Shown here piece after piece: positions 61,225 to 64,000 of a DNA stretch of 64,000 nucleotides (its first letter is position 1; each line of letters begins with the position of its first letter). The DNA is taken from positions 215,774-279,773 of the forward strand of contig CANJUD010000003.1 in assembly GCA_947477885.1 (NCBI GenBank), written 5' to 3'. The stretch is from Bacteroidota bacterium (GTDB lineage Bacteria; Bacteroidota; Bacteroidia; UKL13-3). The notes below the pieces were generated by a model, which saw nothing but the letters and a program-made list of their open reading frames with translations, was not told where the DNA came from and searched no databases. Both the position numbers and the translations under genes were made by a program.

Positions 61225-64000
61225 ATGAAAAAATATTTACTTTGTTTCTTTCTATTTTCATTTTCGTTTATTGCATACAGTCAAATAGTTGTTAAAGATG
61301 GTATAAACATTTCAGGAGATTGGACCCTATGGCAAAATCCTCCTGCAAACAAAATCAATTTTGCCAGTGATAGCGAAGTAACAGGTGGTGGGGTGCACCT
61401 AATTCCCAGAACCTTGCGCCGATATCATACTACATTCTATGTGGATACTTTGGCTAGTGCCGATACTTCGGCAGGTAACTACAATTTCTATTTTAGCAGT
61501 GGTCCAAGCTCAAATCCTTCGCAGCACAGATGGGGTGGGGTAGTGCCGGTTAAAACAGATTCCATTATGAGCTACACACTCGGAGGTTCGGCAGGAGCCA
61601 ATCAGATATACGTATATGATGGGAGGTGGTACACAGTCAATTTTGAGGATAAGGGTTATTATGATACCAAAGCCATATTTATGGAAACAAAATCTAAACC
61701 TGTCACCATTGATTCAGTACAACAAATGACGCCGCATATTAAAGAGTATACCAATACTTATATTGGCGTTTATCTGAGTGACACGCCTTTATATGAAGAA
61801 AAAATATATATTCGGTTTACCACAAATAAATGGGCTAGCTCACTAGTATCCATTGTAAATATGGACCAAGACACTGGATATGCCTATCTTCCAGGCTCTG
61901 CTGCTGGTAGCGAAGTTGAATATTATATCTTCTCATCTACACTAACCAATATTATAAAGGATTTCGATTTGTCGACAATAAACTATAATAATAATAATGG
62001 GTCTAATTATAAATACACAGCACAGTCAAGTGTATTATATACTGATTCATTAATAGGTAAAGCATTATGCCCCGGCAAGAGTATCGATATCCCTTTTGTT
62101 TCGTACGACCAATATAATAGTGGTAATAAATTTACACTTCAGTTATCCGATTCTGCGGGCAGTTTTTCCAATCCAATAAATATTGGTTATCTCACTTCAG
62201 CTAAGCCAGATACTGTTACTTGCAGTATTCCTGCTAATGCAATTCCAAGTAAGCACTATAGAATTAGGGTAATCGCTAGCAATCCCATAGATACAGGCTA
62301 TGACAATGGGGTAGATTTAGAACTTAGCGGCGCCCTAGCTCCTAAATTATTTGCAGCTGGCAAAACAAATATTTGCCAAGGTGATTCTGTGAAACTATCA
62401 GAAATTTCTTATACAGGCAACACATATCAATGGAGACTTAATGGATACGATATAATAGGTGCAACAGATTCATTCTATTATGTTTCTGCAAGTGGAAATT
62501 ACAAAGTAATAATATCCAATCCGTGCAGTATTGATAGTTCAAATTCAATTAATGTAAGCAGTATTTCATTGCCGAATATACAAATACAGTCAACAGGCGG
62601 CACCAATATTTGCTTGGGTGATTCTATAAAACTTAATGGCAATCAACCCAGTGGAACAACTTTACAGTGGTTCAAAAATGGGGTTAGTATAAGCGGACAA
62701 ACAGATACTATATATTATGCAAAAAGTATAGCATCGTATTATATGATTGCAACTGCAACAAATGGTTGTCAATCGGTATCGAATTCAATTACACTCTCTC
62801 TGCAAAGTGCTTGTAGTAATATATATGCCGCAGAAGGATTGAATATGCCAGGCCAATGGAGCAATTGGTCAAACCCGCCAAGCCAGAAAAATTTAGCATC
62901 GCAACTGCAATCGGGAGGCAGCATTAATTTGATAAGTCAAAGCTCTAAGCGATATCATACCACATTTTATATAGATTCGAAAAGTGGAGCAGATACCAGT
63001 GGCGGCACCTACGATTTTCTATTTACCAGTGGGTCTGCATCCAATTACAATCAATACCAATGGGCCAATGCCAATGTGATATTAGATTCGTTGCAAAACT
63101 ATACTTATGGTAGCAGCACTAATAATAATATTACTGTAACTGATGGCCATTGGTACACTATGAATTTTCTAGATAAAGGTTATAATAATACCCAAGCAGT
63201 TTTTATGGAAACCCCATCGCTACCTGTTACCATAGATAGCGTTTGGCAAACCCCGATAAATGTATATAATAACAATTTGGTGAATGTAGGAATTAAAACC
63301 AATAAAACGCCATCAACCAATGAATATTTTTATATCAGATATTCAAATAACTATTGGCAAACATCTACTATTTCATCTTTACAAATGAATGGAAATATGG
63401 GCAATGCAATAATCCCTGCCCATCAAGCTGGCGACACTGTGAGATATTATGCGTTCTCATCTACCAAACCCAATTTATATAATTACTACGAAATGTATAC
63501 CCTTAATATAAATAATAATAATGGGTCTAATTACAATTATATAGTCAAACAACAATATATAAATACGGATGCAATTTCAACAACTAGTTTTTGTTCGGGC
63601 GATAAATTAAATATCACTTTCAAAAGCGGACAGTTTAATGGTAATAATACATACACCGTTCAATTGTCAGATGTATCGGGAAGTTTTGCTAGTCCTGTTA
63701 ATTTGAATAAGTTAAACGATTCTTTCCCTGCCACAATTAATGTTCAAATCCCGATTGCTACTGCAGCGGGAAGTGCCTATCGCATCAGGGTAGTTGGTAG
63801 CAGTCCAGCTATAAGTGGGAATGATAATGGAACAGACTTAACTATCAATCCAGCTCCCAATCCAGTTATAAGTAAAAGCGGTAAAGTATCTTTCTGTGTG
63901 GGCGATTCAGTAATATTAAGTATTAGTTTAAAAAGCGGAGAGAGTGTGCAATGGAAGAAAAATGGTAATGCTATTTCAGGTGCAACCACTGCAAGTATTG
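61225..64000 (+). CDS. large secreted repeat protein, 3'-truncated by window end (>925 aa); tandemly duplicated ~500-aa module with Cys-containing Ig-like repeats
   Basis: ATG at 61225 with signal peptide MKKYLLCFFLFSFSFIAYSQ; no stop to window end, and the track shows no competing long ORFs at 61200-63776. Paired motifs RRYHTTFYVDTLASADTSAGNYNFYFSSG / KRYHTTFYIDSKSGADTSGGTYDFLFTSG and YRIRVIASNPIDTGYDNGVDL / YRIRVVGSSPAISGNDNGTDL. CxGDSVxL…YQW..NG..I.GAT repeats. Confidence 0.65.
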   Translation, partial: MKKYLLCFFLFSFSFIAYSQIVVKDGINISGDWTLWQNPPANKINFASDSEVTGGGVHLIPRTLRRYHTTFYVDTLASADTSAGNYNFYFSSGPSSNPSQHRWGGVVPVKTDSIMSYTLGGSAGANQIYVYDGRWYTVNFEDKGYYDTKAIFMETKSKPVTIDSVQQMTPHIKEYTNTYIGVYLSDTPLYEEKIYIRFTTNKWASSLVSIVNMDQDTGYAYLPGSAAGSEVEYYIFSSTLTNIIKDFDLSTINYNNNNGSNYKYTAQSSVLYTDSLIGKALCPGKSIDIPFVSYDQYNSGNKFTLQLSDSAGSFSNPINIGYLTSAKPDTVTCSIPANAIPSKHYRIRVIASNPIDTGYDNGVDLELSGALAPKLFAAGKTNICQGDSVKLSEISYTGNTYQWRLNGYDIIGATDSFYYVSASGNYKVIISNPCSIDSSNSINVSSISLPNIQIQSTGGTNICLGDSIKLNGNQPSGTTLQWFKNGVSISGQTDTIYYAKSIASYYMIATATNGCQSVSNSITLSLQSACSNIYAAEGLNMPGQWSNWSNPPSQKNLASQLQSGGSINLISQSSKRYHTTFYIDSKSGADTSGGTYDFLFTSGSASNYNQYQWANANVILDSLQNYTYGSSTNNNITVTDGHWYTMNFLDKGYNNTQAVFMETPSLPVTIDSVWQTPINVYNNNLVNVGIKTNKTPSTNEYFYIRYSNNYWQTSTISSLQMNGNMGNAIIPAHQAGDTVRYYAFSSTKPNLYNYYEMYTLNINNNNGSNYNYIVKQQYINTDAISTTSFCSGDKLNITFKSGQFNGNNTYTVQLSDVSGSFASPVNLNKLNDSFPATINVQIPIATAAGSAYRIRVVGSSPAISGNDNGTDLTINPAPNPVISKSGKVSFCVGDSVILSISLKSGESVQWKKNGNAISGATTASI

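Overview
AT-rich (~35-38% GC) chromosomal segment that looks bacterial and Bacteroidota-like. Support for that: at least four, probably five proteins end in a T9SS (Por) C-terminal sorting domain, there is a 7TMR-DISM sensor kinase, a split pntAA/pntAB/pntB, and TAnnTTTG-type -7 promoter boxes. Recognisable housekeeping genes on both strands include pntAB, gcvP, ruvB, ribD, gpmI, tex, pepT, rnz, rplS, pruA, bcp and one tRNA-Leu(GAG). Accessory material sits between them: (i) the pnt operon is interrupted twice, by a HepT/MNT toxin-antitoxin pair and by a 'four-helix-bundle' gene that carries an in-frame TAG and is flanked by inverted repeats; (ii) a four-gene operon of GNAT-like acyltransferase, 7TMR-DISM histidine kinase, REC-histidine-kinase hybrid and lone REC, all overlapping by 4 nt, with a divergent paralogous REC/coiled-coil gene; (iii) an islet with an outer-membrane-like protein, a decayed ORF6N gene and a ParE/RelE-like pair; (iv) two giant adhesin-like repeat proteins; (v) at least 15 intergenic palindromic elements built from tandem heptanucleotide repeats plus shared core motifs, and one nested 4-unit palindrome. 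No CRISPR array, rRNA, transposase or integrase was seen. All calls rest on motifs read from the six-frame track and the raw sequence; no searches were run.
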